In this document: piece by piece, positions 10,060 through 21,965 of the stretch | How positions within the stretch are numbered: the stretch's first letter is position 1 | Layout: every line of letters starts with the position of its first letter | NCBI GenBank assembly: GCA_963738405.1 | Contig: CAVTWJ010000020.1 | Span: 32,001 to 96,000, forward strand | Direction: 5' to 3' | Source: a candidate division FCPU426 bacterium | Lineage (GTDB): Bacteria > Oederibacteriota > Muellerivitia > Muellerivitales > Muellerivitaceae | DNA: 64,000 nucleotides | The notes under the pieces: generated by a model | The model's database searches: none | The model's input: only the letters and a program-made list of their open reading frames with translations | What the model was told of the DNA's origin: nothing | Position numbers and translations under genes: made by a program

Positions 10060-13000
10060 GTGCGAAAATTCATTCGTGTCATAGGGCTGTTTTTGTTGAC
10101 CGCGGGCGCGGCGTTTCTTTGCGCCTTCGGGGGCAATCAAAGCGCGAATGTGGTCATCGGCCACCAGGTTTTTACCAACGGAAATTTCAACAACGTCTCC
10201 GTTAGCGGGTCCGGCTTGGGCAACCCGGTCGCCATGGATTACGACGGCACCAACCTTTATATCGCCGATTACACCACCAGCCGGGTCCTGGTTTATACCG
10301 GTATTCCCACATCCTTTAACGCCTCGGCGGCTTGGGTTTTCGGCCAGCCCAATTTGACCTCTTCGGGCGAAAATCAGAGCCTGGGGGCCCCGACCAACCA
10401 AACCCTCGACCTGCCCAACGACGTTTATAGCGACGGCACCAACCTGTACATCGCTGATACGGGCAACAACCGGGTGCTGGTCTACGGCCTGCCGGTAACC
10501 GCCAACGACGAGCCTGCCGGCATCGTGATCGGCCAATCCAGTTTCACGGCGGCGGTTACGGCCGCTTCCAAAAAAGGCCTGAACGGTCCTACTGGGGTTT
10601 ATTCCTTCGGCGGGAATCTTTACGTCACGGACGGCGATAACAACCGTGTCATGGTTTACACCATTTCCAGCCTGGCTACAACCAGCACGAGCGCCGCCAA
10701 CGAGTTAGGGCAGGCGAGCGGCGGAAGCGCCTTCACCTCATTCGCCCCTAACCAGGGGGGCACCCCCTCGGCGGGAACGTTGTACTATCCTACGGGCGTC
10801 TGCGCGGCGGGCACCACTTTGGCCGTGTGCGACGACGCCAACAACCGGGTGTTGCTTTACACCCTGCCCGTTTCCAACGGCCAAAACGCCTCGGTGGTCA
10901 TTGGCCAGGGCAGCATGGCCACCACCACTTTGAGCGCTCCCACCTCCACGAGCCTGGATTTTCCCGAAAGGGTCGCCAGCGACGGTACTAAAATTTTCAT
11001 CACGGATACCGAAAACAACCGGGTTCTTATTTTTAACAGTTTCCCCGCCTCCTCCGGGGCGGCCGCGAATGAGGTTGTAGGCCAAGGCTCCATGACGAGC
11101 AATTCCTTCAACCAGGGGACCCTCAGCGCCAGCGCCAACGAGCTTTACAAGCCCTTCGGCGCCTTCAGCACTGGAACCACCCTCATGATTGCCGATACCT
11201 ACAACAACCGGGCTTTGATTTACGGCGGTATTCCTGTCACCAACAACGCCCCCGCCGTTCTCGCCATCGGCCAGCCGGACATCGTCAGCAGCAACCAGTA
11301 TCAGCAGGTGCCCCAGCAGTGGTCTCCCGGTTCCATCATGGTAGACCCGAACAACAAAGTGATTGTGGCGGATAATTTCAACAACCGGGTTCTCATCTAC
11401 AACGGCATACCGGTCACCAATTACGCCCAGCCCAACGTGATCTTGGGCCAGCCCAACGGAACCTACCTGGGCACCGGGTGCAGTGTCAGCCAGTTGGACG
11501 GGCCGGTCGGCGCTTACAGTAACGGCAGTCAGCTGTTCGTGTCGGACACGAACAACCACCGCGTCCTTGTTTTCGGCCCCCCCTTTCCCACCTCCAATGG
11601 CGCATCCGCCAGCACCGTTTTGGGACAGACGAGTTTTACAGCAGGGCTCCCCAACCAAAACGGCTCCTCGACTTGCGGTCAAACGACATTGGATGAACCC
11701 AAGGGGATCTGGGCAAACAATAATGGAACCACGATCGCGGTGGCAGATTACGGGAACAACCGGGTCTTGATCTACGAAAACCCCGCCACCACCACCAACG
11801 CTCCGGCCGCCATCGAAATTGGAGAAAAGAACTTCACAGACAATACAACCGGTAGCACCGGTGCCGATACCGGTGTCACAACCCTTTACGCGCCGGATTC
11901 GGTTCAATTCGACGGCACCCGCCTGATCGTCGGGGACGCGGGCGACAACCGCGTCATGATTTGGAACAGCATGCCAGCTTCCAGTAACGCGCCGTCCAAT
12001 GTGATCCTTGGACAATCCTCGATCTCCGGTTTTAACCCCAACCAGGGCAACGCGGCCCCCACATCCCAAACACTGGCTTTTTGCAACGCGTCTTATGTCA
12101 TTGGGTCGTCGGTTTATAGCGATGGCGTCAGTTTGTACATAGGCGATTCAGTCAATAACCGTGTATTGATTTACAACAACCTTGCCACCCTGCCAGCGCT
12201 GAACGGGGCGGCCACCGCTGTTTTGGGCCAGGCCAACATGGGCGCCTCCATCTTGAATGCCCCATCGGGGCTCACCAACAGTCAGGGCTTTTACCAGCCT
12301 TCCGGGGTGAATTTCCACTCCGGGTACCTTGCCGTGGAAGACCTGGGCAACAACCGGTCCCTCATCTTTGACCCGCCTACGCCCGTTCCCAACAGCACCC
12401 CCTGCGTTCAAAGCCTGGTTTACGACAGCGGGGGTGCGGATACGGCCTCCGCCATCGCGGTGGATTCGAGCGGCAACGTTTATGTGGGCGGAACCTCCCC
12501 GAATGGGGCGAACACCCAGTTTAGGATCATCAAATACGGCCCCACGGGAAATACGGTCTGGAACAACACCTTTTATCCGGCGGCCAACGCCATTTTGAAC
12601 GGGCTGACCCTGGATTCCAGCGGCGACGTTTTCGCCGTGGGCTCCCAGCAGGGGGCCAACGGGCGTCTTTACCTGACGTTGAAACTTAATTCGGCGGGTG
12701 TATCCCAATGGGCCCAAACCTACGACGGCACCGGCAACGCGCACGATAACGACGCCTTCGGGGCCTGGGTGGACCCCACGAATACCTACGTCTACGTCAC
12801 AGGCCGGTCCTGGACCACCTCCAACTGGGACATCATGACCGTCAAATACAACATGTCCGGGACCCTGCAGGGCGGCTATCCGGTCAAATACGATTCGGGA
12901 GGCAACCATGACCAGGCTTTCGCCATCGCCGGGGACGCCGGCGGTAATTTTTACGTGGGCGGGGAATCGGACTTGGCCGGAGTTAACCAGGACCGGCTGA

Positions 13001-16000
13001 TCAAATACAGCTCGGCGGGGGCAGCGCTGTGGAACATGGAAGTGACGGCGTCAAACGGCGAAATGATCCAGGGCCTGGCCCTGGACCCCACCGGAACCTG
13101 GGTTTATTCCAACGGCTATTTCAACAACGGCGGCCACAACGTCGGGCGATTGCTGGAGTGGAACGCATCCTCAGGGGTCACCGTATGGGATACCGATTAT
13201 CCAGTTAACACCCTATCCACCTCCGGGACCGGCGTGGCGGTGGACGCCCAGGGCAATGTTTACACCGTATTGCAGGACAGCACGAACAACAAATTCCACA
13301 CCGTGAAATATGACCCCTACGGCAATTTGATATGGGACCTCCAATTTACCCGGGGCTTGGGGGTGGACCAATCGAACGCCCTGGCCTTGAACGGCTACGA
13401 CCTTTGGGTCACGGGCCAATCCTCCAATGGGGCCAACAATGACTTTTTAACGATGAAATATCAATTCAACAGCAGCTGCCCCTACACCGCTACCGTTACC
13501 ACTACCCCGACTGGCACGCCAACAGCCACGGCCACTTCCGTGCCCGTTTGCCCTGTTTCCCTGGTCAGCGCAGCCGCCACCTATACCAGCGCGGGCTCTG
13601 CCGTGACGCTCAACAGCGTCACCGTCAGCGGTACCAACCCTTTGCTTTTAGTCCAGGTGATTTTACAAACCAGTTCATCCATCGTGTCCTCGGCCAATTG
13701 GGGCTCTGCGCCGATGAGCCTGGTCCAGCGCAATTCGGCCAATGGGTTCGATCACGAGGTTTGGAAGATAGTGAATCCCAACCCCGGCACGGCCTCGGTC
13801 ACCATCCAATGCTCCAGCGGAGGGAATCCCTATGTGGGCGCCCTGGTTTACGCGGGGGTCAATGAAGCCAGCCCCATTGGGACCGTTAATTTTGTTACCG
13901 GAACCGGACCAAGCGCCACGGTCAACCTGACGGCCACCCAAAATTACAGCACTATCCTCGACCTTTTCAATTTCTATTTCGTCGGGTCCTCCACCCTGGC
14001 GGCGGGTCAAACCCAGCGTTGGACTGAGAATTTCGGGGGCTATACAAGCCTTGGGGACGACAAGTCCGCCGGGGTTTCCGGGGTTTATTCCATGGGTTAT
14101 ACCATCAGCGGCAGCACGCCCTGGGAAGCCCTGGCGGTCGAAGTTGAAGCGGCGGGCTGCGCAACCAACACGCCGACCCAAACACCCAGTCCAACAGTCA
14201 CCATTACTCCCACCATCACCCCAACCAGCGGCTCCAGTTGTTACGGCCCCATGGGCTATAACCAGCCTTCCGGAGGTTTTACCAATGCCGGCGGTTACAT
14301 CAATTGTTACGCGGTAAGCCTTTTGTCGGCTGTGACGGTGGTGGATTTTAATATCGATTTGGGACCCACGGTGCCGGCGACCATGGGGATAGGACTTTAC
14401 ACCAACGGGGCTTCCCAGCCCCTCAGCCTGCTGGCCAGTGTGGCCTTTGCGCCCAACGCCAATTCTTGGAATTCCGTTCCCATCGCCAACGTCACCCTTA
14501 ATCCGGGTCTTTACTGGTTGGCCTACAACATCACCAGTTCGGCAAGCGTTTCCTATGGGTCCTCGACTCCGGTGAGTGTTTACCAAATGTCCCAGTCTAT
14601 CTACGGCGCCTTGCCCACGACCATTTCCAACGGGGGTAATCCGGGTTTGATCGACCCGCCCGGCATTTACATGGATACCTATTGCTCCACCACGCCTACC
14701 CCCACCCTCACCAATACGCCTACTATCACCCCAAGTCCCGTAAACACCGCTACGCCGGGGTGTCCGGGCCCGATCGGGTTCAGCCAAACCCTCACCCCAG
14801 TGAACAATTTCAGCGGTAATTACATCGATTGCTACGCTGTGACGCTGGCCTATGGTGTGACCGTGACAGACTTTCAGTTTTACGTGGGCGCGACAGCCCC
14901 TGCTTCCATGATTTTAGGTCTGTACAACGACAACGGATTTTCCGAACCGCTCAACCTTCAAACAAGCGTGACCATCGCGCCTACGGCCAATTCGTGGAAC
15001 ACGGCACCCATTGGCAGTCTGACCCTAAACAGTGGTACTTACTGGCTAGCCTATAACGTCCCAAGTCTAGTCAATGATGACTATGGGGCTACCGGTTCCG
15101 TGACTTTCTATCAATTATCCCAGACTTTCGGTCCCGTCTTTCCCGCGACGATGCCGGTCACGGGAAATCACGGGTCAATCCAACCGCCTTCTTTCTATAT
15201 GGATACCTACTGCAACGTCACCGCGACCCCCACGCCGACGGTGACACTAACCGCTACGTTGACCCCCACGCTTACCCCCCTGCCGTCACTGGGCGTCAAT
15301 AACGCCTCCTCGAACGAGGGAAGCCCCCTGAATTTCATCATCTCCATTTTCCCGGCCGCATCGCAGGATGTGACCTTCCTTTGTTCTACAGCGGATGGGA
15401 CGGCTTTGGCGGGTACGAATTACACTCCCCTCAGTAATTTTCCGGTGACGATTCTGGCGGGGAACGCCAACGCTTTGGTGAACGTATTTACAACCTATAC
15501 GGCCGGGCAAAGCGCCCAATTGGCCATGACCTTGACCATTAGCAATGTCTCTTCCGACGCCTCCATCGGCACGGGAAGCGGGACTGGATTTATCAATTAT
15601 TTGGCGCCCACCGCCACCGGTACCCCCACGGTCACGCCGACCACAACGCCGACTGCAACCCTCACCCCCACCTGCGTCACAATGCCCCTTTCCGGCGTCA
15701 CTTATCCCAACCAGCCCTATGTCAACGTCATCACCTCCATCTCCGGCACGGGCACAGCCTATTGCGGGAGCCTGACCAACGTGCAAATCACGCTCCAGCG
15801 GCTTTCGGACAATTTTTATTGGAACCCGGTCATCCCCGGCTGGCAGTCGTCCCTCCTTTATTTGGCCACGTCGGGTTCTCCCTCCAACTGGAACTTTAAC
15901 AGTTCATCCATACCCTTCGTGAATGGCGCTTCCTATGAGGTCACTTCCCGGGCGCAGGACAGCTACAACAATACCCAAACCGTCTTCGCCCCCGTCAGCT

Positions 16001-18333
16001 TCACCCTTTGCAATACCCTGCCATTTCAAAACATCACCGCTCCCGTCAACGGCAATTCCTATTTGGCGTTGCTTTCCATTCAGGGCACGGCGGCCTCCTG
16101 CGCGCCGATCCCGACGCCCCAGATATTCATTCAGCGCCAAAGCGACGGATATTATTGGAACGGGGTCGCCTGGAGCCCCGCGGGCCCCCTCTGGAACCCA
16201 GTTTCCGGCTCAACCTCCTGGACCTACGGCAGTGTCCCTCTCTGGACACCGGATAATTACATTACCCAAACCAATATCTTGGTGGACGCGGCGGGGAATA
16301 CCGGTCCCCCCAGCGCGGCGGTGACCTTCTCCATCATCTTGCCGACAGCCACACCTACCGACACACCAACAGCGACCCTGACATTCACTCAGACCGCCAC
16401 GCCGACCTTTACTCAAACCGCTACACCGACGTTTACTCAGACTGCTACGCCCACCTTCACTCAAACCACAACCCCGACTTTCACGCAGACGGCAACCCCG
16501 ACTTTCACTCAAACGGCAACGCCGACCTTCACCCAGACGGCAACCCCGACATTTACCCAGACAGACACTCCGACCTTTACGCAAACCGCAACCCCGACTT
16601 TCACGCAGACGGCTACACCCACTTTCACTCAAACGGCAACGCCGACCTTCACCCAGACGGCAACCCCGACATTTACTCAAACCGCAACCCCCACATTTAC
16701 GCAAACGGCCACTCCGACCTTCACGCAGACTGCAACTGCAACCTTTACCCAAACTGCAACACCTACTTTTACTCAGACCGCCACTCCGACGTTTACTCAG
16801 ACCGCTACACCCACGTTCACTCAAACGGCCACACCGACCTTTACTCAGACGGCAACTCCCACCTTCACGCAGACTGCTACGCCTACTTTCACTCAAACAG
16901 CCACCCCGACCTTTACACAGACGGCAACTCCCACGTTTACACAAACAGCTACACCTACATTTACTCAGACCGCTACACCCACGTTCACTCAAACGGCGAC
17001 ACCAACCTTCACCCAAACAGCCACCCCGACCTTCACACAGACTGCCACTCCGACATTTACTCAGACCGCTACACCGACACAAACCCAAACCTTCACTCAA
17101 ACGGCCACACAGACCTTTACACAAACAGCCACACCCACCGCTACCCAGACCGCCACTCCGACGTTTACTCAGACGGCAACCCCCACATTCACCCAGACAG
17201 CTACACCGACACAAACCCAGACCTTTACACAGACATTCGTATTCACCGCGACGAAAACCGCGACGCTCACTTTCACGCAAACGGCCACTCCAACGTTCAC
17301 GCAGACTACTACCCCCACCTTTACCCAAACGGCAACACCTACTTTTACGCAAACAGCGACGCCAACCTTTACTCAGACCGCGACCACTACATCCACCCAA
17401 ACGGCGACACCTACTTTTACACAGACCGCCACTCCGACATTCACCCGGACGGCAACCCCCACCTTTACGCAAACGGCTACACCTACCTTTACTCAAACTT
17501 CAACACCGACCGCCACTCAAACGGCTACTCCAACCTTCACGCAAACGGCCACACCCACCGTTACCAAAACGGCGACCTTGACCTTTACCCAAACACAAAC
17601 CCCTACGGCTACCCAGACCGCCACAACCACCAGCACCCCGACTAACACCGGTACCGCCACCTCGACCTTTACCACTACTTCCACGCCCACGAATTCGCCC
17701 ACCGTGACTTCAACCAGTACGGTCACCTCTTCCCCCACGGTCACCCCCACGGCAACCCAAACCGCCACACTGACCGCGACCCAGACTCAAACCACGACCT
17801 TTACCCAGACTTCCACCTTTACGGCCGTTTTTTCTGCCACCCCCACTTGGACCCCGTCGCCCACCGGCACACCCACTCCCAGCTTTACGATTACACCTTC
17901 CCCAACTTACACCTCCACGGCCACGCCCACCGCCACTGGAACCCCGACCATTACCAATACTTCAACCTTCACCCCCACGATCACCTTTACGCCTACCATT
18001 ACCCTGTCGCCCACCGTTACCGGGTCGGTCACCAATACCCCCACGCCGGATGTGCCCATGTACCTGTCGGATAACTATTTCGACCCCAAGACGGGGGCGA
18101 CTTTGGGGATCGACGTGCTGATAACCCAGGGCGGGGGAGTGAAGATCATCGTTTGCAATATGCTGGGAGAAGAGGTGGATAAGCTGGTGGACCAGAGCCT
18201 GAGCCCCGGCAGTTTCCATTTCACCTGGGATGGGCGCAACCGCATGGGGGATATGGTGGGGAACGGCGTTTATCTGGTGGTGATTGAACAGCCTTCGGGC
18301 AATTTCATAAGAAAATGTATTATTTTGAAGTAG
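10060..18333 (+). CDS. Giant (2757 aa) secreted surface/adhesin-like protein: NHL repeats, SBBP-like propeller, tandem beta-sandwich modules, Calx-beta, Ig-like domains, Thr-rich stalk, FlgD-like/T9SS-type CTD
   Basis: Signal peptide; many [16 protein letters not shown] NHL repeats; [13 protein letters not shown] repeats; [13 protein letters not shown] (Calx-beta); C-terminal [16 protein letters not shown]...KCIILK. Confidence 0.88.
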   Translation: MRKFIRVIGLFLLTAGAAFLCAFGGNQSANVVIGHQVFTNGNFNNVSVSGSGLGNPVAMDYDGTNLYIADYTTSRVLVYTGIPTSFNASAAWVFGQPNLTSSGENQSLGAPTNQTLDLPNDVYSDGTNLYIADTGNNRVLVYGLPVTANDEPAGIVIGQSSFTAAVTAASKKGLNGPTGVYSFGGNLYVTDGDNNRVMVYTISSLATTSTSAANELGQASGGSAFTSFAPNQGGTPSAGTLYYPTGVCAAGTTLAVCDDANNRVLLYTLPVSNGQNASVVIGQGSMATTTLSAPTSTSLDFPERVASDGTKIFITDTENNRVLIFNSFPASSGAAANEVVGQGSMTSNSFNQGTLSASANELYKPFGAFSTGTTLMIADTYNNRALIYGGIPVTNNAPAVLAIGQPDIVSSNQYQQVPQQWSPGSIMVDPNNKVIVADNFNNRVLIYNGIPVTNYAQPNVILGQPNGTYLGTGCSVSQLDGPVGAYSNGSQLFVSDTNNHRVLVFGPPFPTSNGASASTVLGQTSFTAGLPNQNGSSTCGQTTLDEPKGIWANNNGTTIAVADYGNNRVLIYENPATTTNAPAAIEIGEKNFTDNTTGSTGADTGVTTLYAPDSVQFDGTRLIVGDAGDNRVMIWNSMPASSNAPSNVILGQSSISGFNPNQGNAAPTSQTLAFCNASYVIGSSVYSDGVSLYIGDSVNNRVLIYNNLATLPALNGAATAVLGQANMGASILNAPSGLTNSQGFYQPSGVNFHSGYLAVEDLGNNRSLIFDPPTPVPNSTPCVQSLVYDSGGADTASAIAVDSSGNVYVGGTSPNGANTQFRIIKYGPTGNTVWNNTFYPAANAILNGLTLDSSGDVFAVGSQQGANGRLYLTLKLNSAGVSQWAQTYDGTGNAHDNDAFGAWVDPTNTYVYVTGRSWTTSNWDIMTVKYNMSGTLQGGYPVKYDSGGNHDQAFAIAGDAGGNFYVGGESDLAGVNQDRLIKYSSAGAALWNMEVTASNGEMIQGLALDPTGTWVYSNGYFNNGGHNVGRLLEWNASSGVTVWDTDYPVNTLSTSGTGVAVDAQGNVYTVLQDSTNNKFHTVKYDPYGNLIWDLQFTRGLGVDQSNALALNGYDLWVTGQSSNGANNDFLTMKYQFNSSCPYTATVTTTPTGTPTATATSVPVCPVSLVSAAATYTSAGSAVTLNSVTVSGTNPLLLVQVILQTSSSIVSSANWGSAPMSLVQRNSANGFDHEVWKIVNPNPGTASVTIQCSSGGNPYVGALVYAGVNEASPIGTVNFVTGTGPSATVNLTATQNYSTILDLFNFYFVGSSTLAAGQTQRWTENFGGYTSLGDDKSAGVSGVYSMGYTISGSTPWEALAVEVEAAGCATNTPTQTPSPTVTITPTITPTSGSSCYGPMGYNQPSGGFTNAGGYINCYAVSLLSAVTVVDFNIDLGPTVPATMGIGLYTNGASQPLSLLASVAFAPNANSWNSVPIANVTLNPGLYWLAYNITSSASVSYGSSTPVSVYQMSQSIYGALPTTISNGGNPGLIDPPGIYMDTYCSTTPTPTLTNTPTITPSPVNTATPGCPGPIGFSQTLTPVNNFSGNYIDCYAVTLAYGVTVTDFQFYVGATAPASMILGLYNDNGFSEPLNLQTSVTIAPTANSWNTAPIGSLTLNSGTYWLAYNVPSLVNDDYGATGSVTFYQLSQTFGPVFPATMPVTGNHGSIQPPSFYMDTYCNVTATPTPTVTLTATLTPTLTPLPSLGVNNASSNEGSPLNFIISIFPAASQDVTFLCSTADGTALAGTNYTPLSNFPVTILAGNANALVNVFTTYTAGQSAQLAMTLTISNVSSDASIGTGSGTGFINYLAPTATGTPTVTPTTTPTATLTPTCVTMPLSGVTYPNQPYVNVITSISGTGTAYCGSLTNVQITLQRLSDNFYWNPVIPGWQSSLLYLATSGSPSNWNFNSSSIPFVNGASYEVTSRAQDSYNNTQTVFAPVSFTLCNTLPFQNITAPVNGNSYLALLSIQGTAASCAPIPTPQIFIQRQSDGYYWNGVAWSPAGPLWNPVSGSTSWTYGSVPLWTPDNYITQTNILVDAAGNTGPPSAAVTFSIILPTATPTDTPTATLTFTQTATPTFTQTATPTFTQTATPTFTQTTTPTFTQTATPTFTQTATPTFTQTATPTFTQTDTPTFTQTATPTFTQTATPTFTQTATPTFTQTATPTFTQTATPTFTQTATPTFTQTATATFTQTATPTFTQTATPTFTQTATPTFTQTATPTFTQTATPTFTQTATPTFTQTATPTFTQTATPTFTQTATPTFTQTATPTFTQTATPTFTQTATPTFTQTATPTFTQTATPTQTQTFTQTATQTFTQTATPTATQTATPTFTQTATPTFTQTATPTQTQTFTQTFVFTATKTATLTFTQTATPTFTQTTTPTFTQTATPTFTQTATPTFTQTATTTSTQTATPTFTQTATPTFTRTATPTFTQTATPTFTQTSTPTATQTATPTFTQTATPTVTKTATLTFTQTQTPTATQTATTTSTPTNTGTATSTFTTTSTPTNSPTVTSTSTVTSSPTVTPTATQTATLTATQTQTTTFTQTSTFTAVFSATPTWTPSPTGTPTPSFTITPSPTYTSTATPTATGTPTITNTSTFTPTITFTPTITLSPTVTGSVTNTPTPDVPMYLSDNYFDPKTGATLGIDVLITQGGGVKIIVCNMLGEEVDKLVDQSLSPGSFHFTWDGRNRMGDMVGNGVYLVVIEQPSGNFIRKCIILK
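16381..17076 (+). repeat. Intragenic 24-nt tandem repeat, 29 consecutive units encoding TFTQTATP; degenerate units continue to ~17560
   Basis: Read directly from DNA and translation; synonymous positions vary between units. Confidence 0.95.
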
Positions 18334-18368
18334 GCTGGTACTCTAAAAGTCTCCGAATTAAAAATCTT

Positions 18369-18729
18369 CAAAAAATCCTTATTTTTGGTGCTTAGCGGCT
18401 AAGCATTAAAAATAAGGGAATTTGGGCTCTTGTCCCTAATTGTCCCCTAGGAAGACAATTCAAGGTCTCCTCGCGTCCAATTAAATCCTCCGGGCCAATT
18501 TAATTGGTCGGGAGATGGTTGAATTGTTAGTAATACTAACAATTCAAATAATGGAATTTGGCCATTTTCCAGCGACAGAACAAAACCCACCAGTACTTGA
18601 CCCCTAATTGATAGCATTGCTAGCAATTCAAGGTCTCGTCGCGGTCAATTAAATCCTCCCGGCAAACTTAATTGGCCGCGAGATCGTTGAATTGAAAGCA
18701 TTGCTTTCAATTCAAATAAGGGAATTTGG
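18369..18729. repeat. Intergenic palindromic tandem repeat: two ~128-nt copies 168 nt apart, preceded by a related hairpin
   Basis: Copies at ~18434-18561 and ~18601-18729 share caattcaaggtctc...aattaaatcctcc...ttaattgg...gaga...ttgaattg...caattcaaataa(t/g)ggaatttgg. Confidence 0.9.
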
Positions 18730-18807
18730 GGTGTATTTGGGAAACCAGGTCTGAAGCCGGGGGGGTGGCCAGCCGTTGGCCACCCTAACTTAGTTATGGG
18801 GGTTCAA

Positions 18808-19251
18808 TTACCCCTTTTCGGCCAGATCCTTGATCTTGGGAAGCACCATGGCCCAGCCCTTAAGGGTTTCCTGGTAGCGTTTCTCCCCATCCGCCACCCC
18901 CGCGAAGTCGCCTTGGCTGACCTCCAGGTAGGTGCCGCTATCCTTGGGGGTGAGGGTATAGACCACGGTCAGGTAGTTGGAGGGGATGTCTTCCAGCTTA
19001 CCGTTTGGGTCGAAGGTGGTGTATTCCAGAGTCTTTTCCTTCTCGATTCCCTTGATATGGCCTGAAACGAACACCCTTTCCGTGGCGCCCAGGGACCCTT
19101 TCCAAAGGATGGGGCTACCAACCTTCCAGTCGGTATCGGCCCGGCACCCAAACATATATTGGGCGGTCAAATCCGACCGGGTAAGGACATCCCACACTCT
19201 GGCGGTCGTGGCTTGGATTTGGACTGAGTTTCTAACGATCATTGTTTCCAT
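18808..19251 (-). CDS. SRPBCC/AHSA1-like (START superfamily) protein
   Basis: IQATTARVWDVLT, TDWKVGSPI, GWAMVLPKIKDLAE pattern. Confidence 0.85.
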   Translation of the reverse strand: METMIVRNSVQIQATTARVWDVLTRSDLTAQYMFGCRADTDWKVGSPILWKGSLGATERVFVSGHIKGIEKEKTLEYTTFDPNGKLEDIPSNYLTVVYTLTPKDSGTYLEVSQGDFAGVADGEKRYQETLKGWAMVLPKIKDLAEKG

Positions 19252-19428
19252 GGCTCCCCTCCAACTTGGCTTTCAACGGAACATATTTACCACGAAGGTA
19301 ACAAAGTCCCAAGGGGGACCAGATAAGTTGAGTAATTTGTTGGGGAAAAACAGCCGAAAGTGGACAATGTCTATCAGGCGCTTTTACAAAAATAAAGGTC
19401 TAAGGCTTCGTGATTAAGGGGGCTGGAT

Positions 19429-20208
19429 ATGGAAGGTTTCGCCAAATGGGTTCAGGATGAATTGACTGCCACCCCTCCACCCCGGAGTGTGCGATTAAGA
19501 GATTTCGGTGATGCCTGGAAGGAATGGGCTTGGGTCTTGTTTTTTCTCGGATACGCCGTTTTCCTTGGCTATTTCTTCGTGGAGAAAACCATCATGGCCC
19601 TGGCCCCGGATTATGGGCTTGCGGTTTCCGCAAAAATTAAAGGCCATTCGATTGGGGGTAGCAAGTCTGGCCGAAATTATTTCCTCCATGTCGCCTTTAC
19701 AGACCCGCATGGCAATCCGCAGGTTTCAGAGATGTGTGCTGGTCGCCCATTTTATGATGCGAATCCTGATGGGGGCTCCGTCTCCATCAAATATATCGAT
19801 GGATTTCCCCAGTGGGCTGTTTGGGACGGAGATGGAGCTGATCTATACGATATATGTGGAATGGGATTACTAGGCCTCCTGGCTTTATTTTTTGTTTTTA
19901 TCCCCGTAAACCTTTTGTACCGGGAGTACAAAATTTTTAAAAATGGAGTTTTTGTGGAGGGGACTGTGACGGATGCCCACGACAAGGCGAATGGCAGGAA
20001 CCCATTGGAAATCATAACCGTTCAATATTCCGTGGATGGAGTTCCCTACGAAAAGGTGGTCAAGCGAGGTGTTGCAAGTGGCGACTTGGAAAAAGATGCG
20101 GCGGTAGTTGTAATCCCAGGTCATCCAGGTAAAACCGGGGTTTATTTCAGCAACAGCAATAAGACTATATTTAAGGTCGGCGTGCCGGATAGTTACTATC
20201 AAACATAG
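19429..20208 (+). CDS. Membrane protein with two DUF3592-like modules
   Basis: Two TM helices, each followed by a small beta domain (GxxVxA/GxV...Y); RBS GGGGG upstream. Confidence 0.55.
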   Translation: MEGFAKWVQDELTATPPPRSVRLRDFGDAWKEWAWVLFFLGYAVFLGYFFVEKTIMALAPDYGLAVSAKIKGHSIGGSKSGRNYFLHVAFTDPHGNPQVSEMCAGRPFYDANPDGGSVSIKYIDGFPQWAVWDGDGADLYDICGMGLLGLLALFFVFIPVNLLYREYKIFKNGVFVEGTVTDAHDKANGRNPLEIITVQYSVDGVPYEKVVKRGVASGDLEKDAAVVVIPGHPGKTGVYFSNSNKTIFKVGVPDSYYQT

Positions 20209-20364
20209 GATTTATCCTGAAAAAGAATTTTAAACACGAGCTACGAATAGTTCACGTTAAAGCTTAAATCCTTCGAAATTTCCTGAAGCGTCTTAATGCG
20301 TGTGGTGCATATAATATCTCTATTGGTCCGAGGTTCTTCGTGAACCATTCATCAAGGAGGCGTT

Positions 20365-20991
20365 ATGAAACTCTGGAGCGACACCTTTAGTGAGGCTTCC
20401 CGCCTGCGGGACGAATACTGCTTTATCAAACCCCACCCCACCCAGCACGCGATCCTGTCCGGCAATAAAAATCCCCATTTCGCCTGGGGTGAAGTATCCC
20501 GCGACGCCAAATCCCTGGTCTTGATCATGCACGATAACGACGCCCCATCCAGCAAAGACACGGTGAACAAGACCGACAAGACTGTTCCATATGATCTGCC
20601 GAGAATTCGATTTATCCATTGGGTGTTGGTAGATATCCCGACCAGCGGGTCGCCGATTCACCCTGGCGAATTCAGCAAAGAAGTAACGGCCAAGGGAAAA
20701 CCCGGACCAGCCGCGCCGAGGGGCATGAGGCAGGGTTTGAATGACTACTGCGAATGGTTCAAGGGCAATCCCTCTATGGAAGGGAACTATTTCGGCTACG
20801 ACGGCCCGGCGCCGCCTTGGAATGACGAAAAAATTCATAAATACAATTTCACGCTTTTGGCCATTAAAGATAAGAAGTGCCCGGTGGAAGGAAACTTCAC
20901 CGGCAAAGACGTCTTGAACGCTCTCAACGGCAAGGTGATTGAGAAGGCCATGATGTCTTGCACCTATGCTCTGAACCCCAAGGCGAGATAG
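20365..20991 (+). CDS. YbhB/YbcL family (PEBP, Raf-kinase-inhibitor-like) protein
   Basis: GNKNPHFAW, LIMHDNDAP, FIHWVLVDIP, GYDGPAPPWND..HKYNF; RBS AAGGAGG. Confidence 0.9.
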   Translation: MKLWSDTFSEASRLRDEYCFIKPHPTQHAILSGNKNPHFAWGEVSRDAKSLVLIMHDNDAPSSKDTVNKTDKTVPYDLPRIRFIHWVLVDIPTSGSPIHPGEFSKEVTAKGKPGPAAPRGMRQGLNDYCEWFKGNPSMEGNYFGYDGPAPPWNDEKIHKYNFTLLAIKDKKCPVEGNFTGKDVLNALNGKVIEKAMMSCTYALNPKAR

Positions 20992-21000
20992 TCAAAAATA

Positions 21001-21033
21001 TTTTCACCACCAAGACACCAAGGCACCAAGAAA
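21001..21033 (+). repeat. Lone left arm of the CACCAAG REP-like element
   Basis: ttttcaccaccaagacaccaaggcaccaagaaa; no complementary arm seen nearby. Confidence 0.75.
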
Positions 21034-21082
21034 TCGGTTCAATTAAAGCTGAACCGTTAATTTCGAACACCCACCATAAACT

Positions 21083-21128
21083 GGGATTGCTTCGTCGCCA
21101 ACCGTCCCGATTGGGACGGCTCCTCGCA
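21083..21128 (+). repeat. Half of a GATTGCTTCGTCGC...CTCCTCGCA-type REP-like element with internal hairpin
   Basis: gggattgcttcgtcgccaa-ccgtccc-gatt-gggacgg-ctcctcgca. Confidence 0.55.
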
Positions 21129-21330
21129 TGCCGACCTTCTTCAAAGCATTTAAAGAGGTCGGTATAGTACCGATTTCCATTTTTGCTTTTAATTGTAAAT
21201 CGGCACAATGACATCGAAACTGAGACACCGTTGGCATTTTTTCTACACCTTGAAAGAACCGACGGTTTTAGGCCATAGTGCACCCATCTTTTTAGGCCGT
21301 TTCATATTTCATTGTTAGTAGGGGGAGCAG

Positions 21331-21687
21331 ATGGCGGAGACCTCAGGCTTTATTGAGAAAAGAGCCAATTCCCGGGTTGAAGTGAAGATCCCCGTCCAGT
21401 ACCGGCTGGTGGACGATAAAAAAGAATTGGAAAAGGTGCGTGGCCGCCACGCCCTGGCCAAAGACCTAAGTCTGAACGGCATGTTCATCAAGACCGACAA
21501 GGCCGTGAACAAGGGCGACGTTTTCGCGCTGGATGTTTCCATGCCCGACAAAAAATCCAAACACGTTTTCGCCTTCGCTGAGGTGGTTCGAATCACCAGC
21601 AAGGGCGCTGGGATTAAACTGTTGTTGATGCCGGATGAAGATAGGTCGGCCCTGCAGGATTATTTAGAGAACTCCGAAAAAGACTAA
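21331..21687 (+). CDS. Stand-alone PilZ-domain protein (c-di-GMP receptor)
   Basis: RANSR (RxxxR) and DLSLNG (DxSxxG). Confidence 0.88.
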   Translation: MAETSGFIEKRANSRVEVKIPVQYRLVDDKKELEKVRGRHALAKDLSLNGMFIKTDKAVNKGDVFALDVSMPDKKSKHVFAFAEVVRITSKGAGIKLLLMPDEDRSALQDYLENSEKD

Positions 21688-21703
21688 ACCCCGAAAACAA
21701 AGA

Positions 21704-21863
21704 TTTACCACCAAGACACCAAGTCACCAAGAAAACCATTTTATTGTTCCCCCAAAAAACGTAATTGGAACCACCTAAACCCCAAGAACAACGAAAAGCG
21801 TAAAACTTGAAATCCTAATTTTCTTTTGCCTTTCTTGGTGGCTTGGTGACTTGGTGGTGAAAA
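21704..21863. repeat. REP-like inverted repeat, (CACCAAGN)3 arms
   Basis: tttaccaccaagacaccaagtcaccaagaaa ... tttcttggtggcttggtgacttggtggtgaaa. Confidence 0.9.
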
Positions 21864-21936
21864 TGTTTTGCTTCAAAAAGCACCGTAAAATCAGCACAAA
21901 GACTGCCCCCACCGCTAGTGGCTAGACCCCCAAAAC

Positions 21937-21965
21937 TTGACAAAGGGTAGATGGCTACCTATTCT
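21937..21965 (+). promoter_or_regulatory. Sigma70-like promoter of topA
   Basis: TTGACA-N17-TATTCT. Confidence 0.6.

Noticed and set aside
10006..15786. Long minus-strand ORFs (10006-10536, 10738-12069, 12148-12909, 13675-14787, 15286-15786)
   Set aside because: Antisense frames overlapping the giant gene, expected from its codon bias; no recognisable motifs.
16381..17076. 24-nt periodicity as CRISPR or non-coding VNTR
   Set aside because: No spacers; variation is mostly at synonymous positions, so it is a coding repeat.
16210..17496. 428-aa minus-strand Cys/Arg/Gly-rich ORF
   Set aside because: Antisense shadow of the TFTQTATP repeat; no independent coding signal.
18369..18729. CRISPR array interpretation of the intergenic repeat
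   Set aside because: Only two long imperfect units, no short identical repeats with unique spacers, and no cas genes in the window.
18796..19417. Plus-strand ORFs 18796-19065 and 18977-19417
   Set aside because: Overlap the well-supported minus-strand SRPBCC gene; no motifs.
20924..21283. Small ORFs between the YbhB and PilZ genes
   Set aside because: They run through repeat remnants, lack RBS and motifs; likely spurious.
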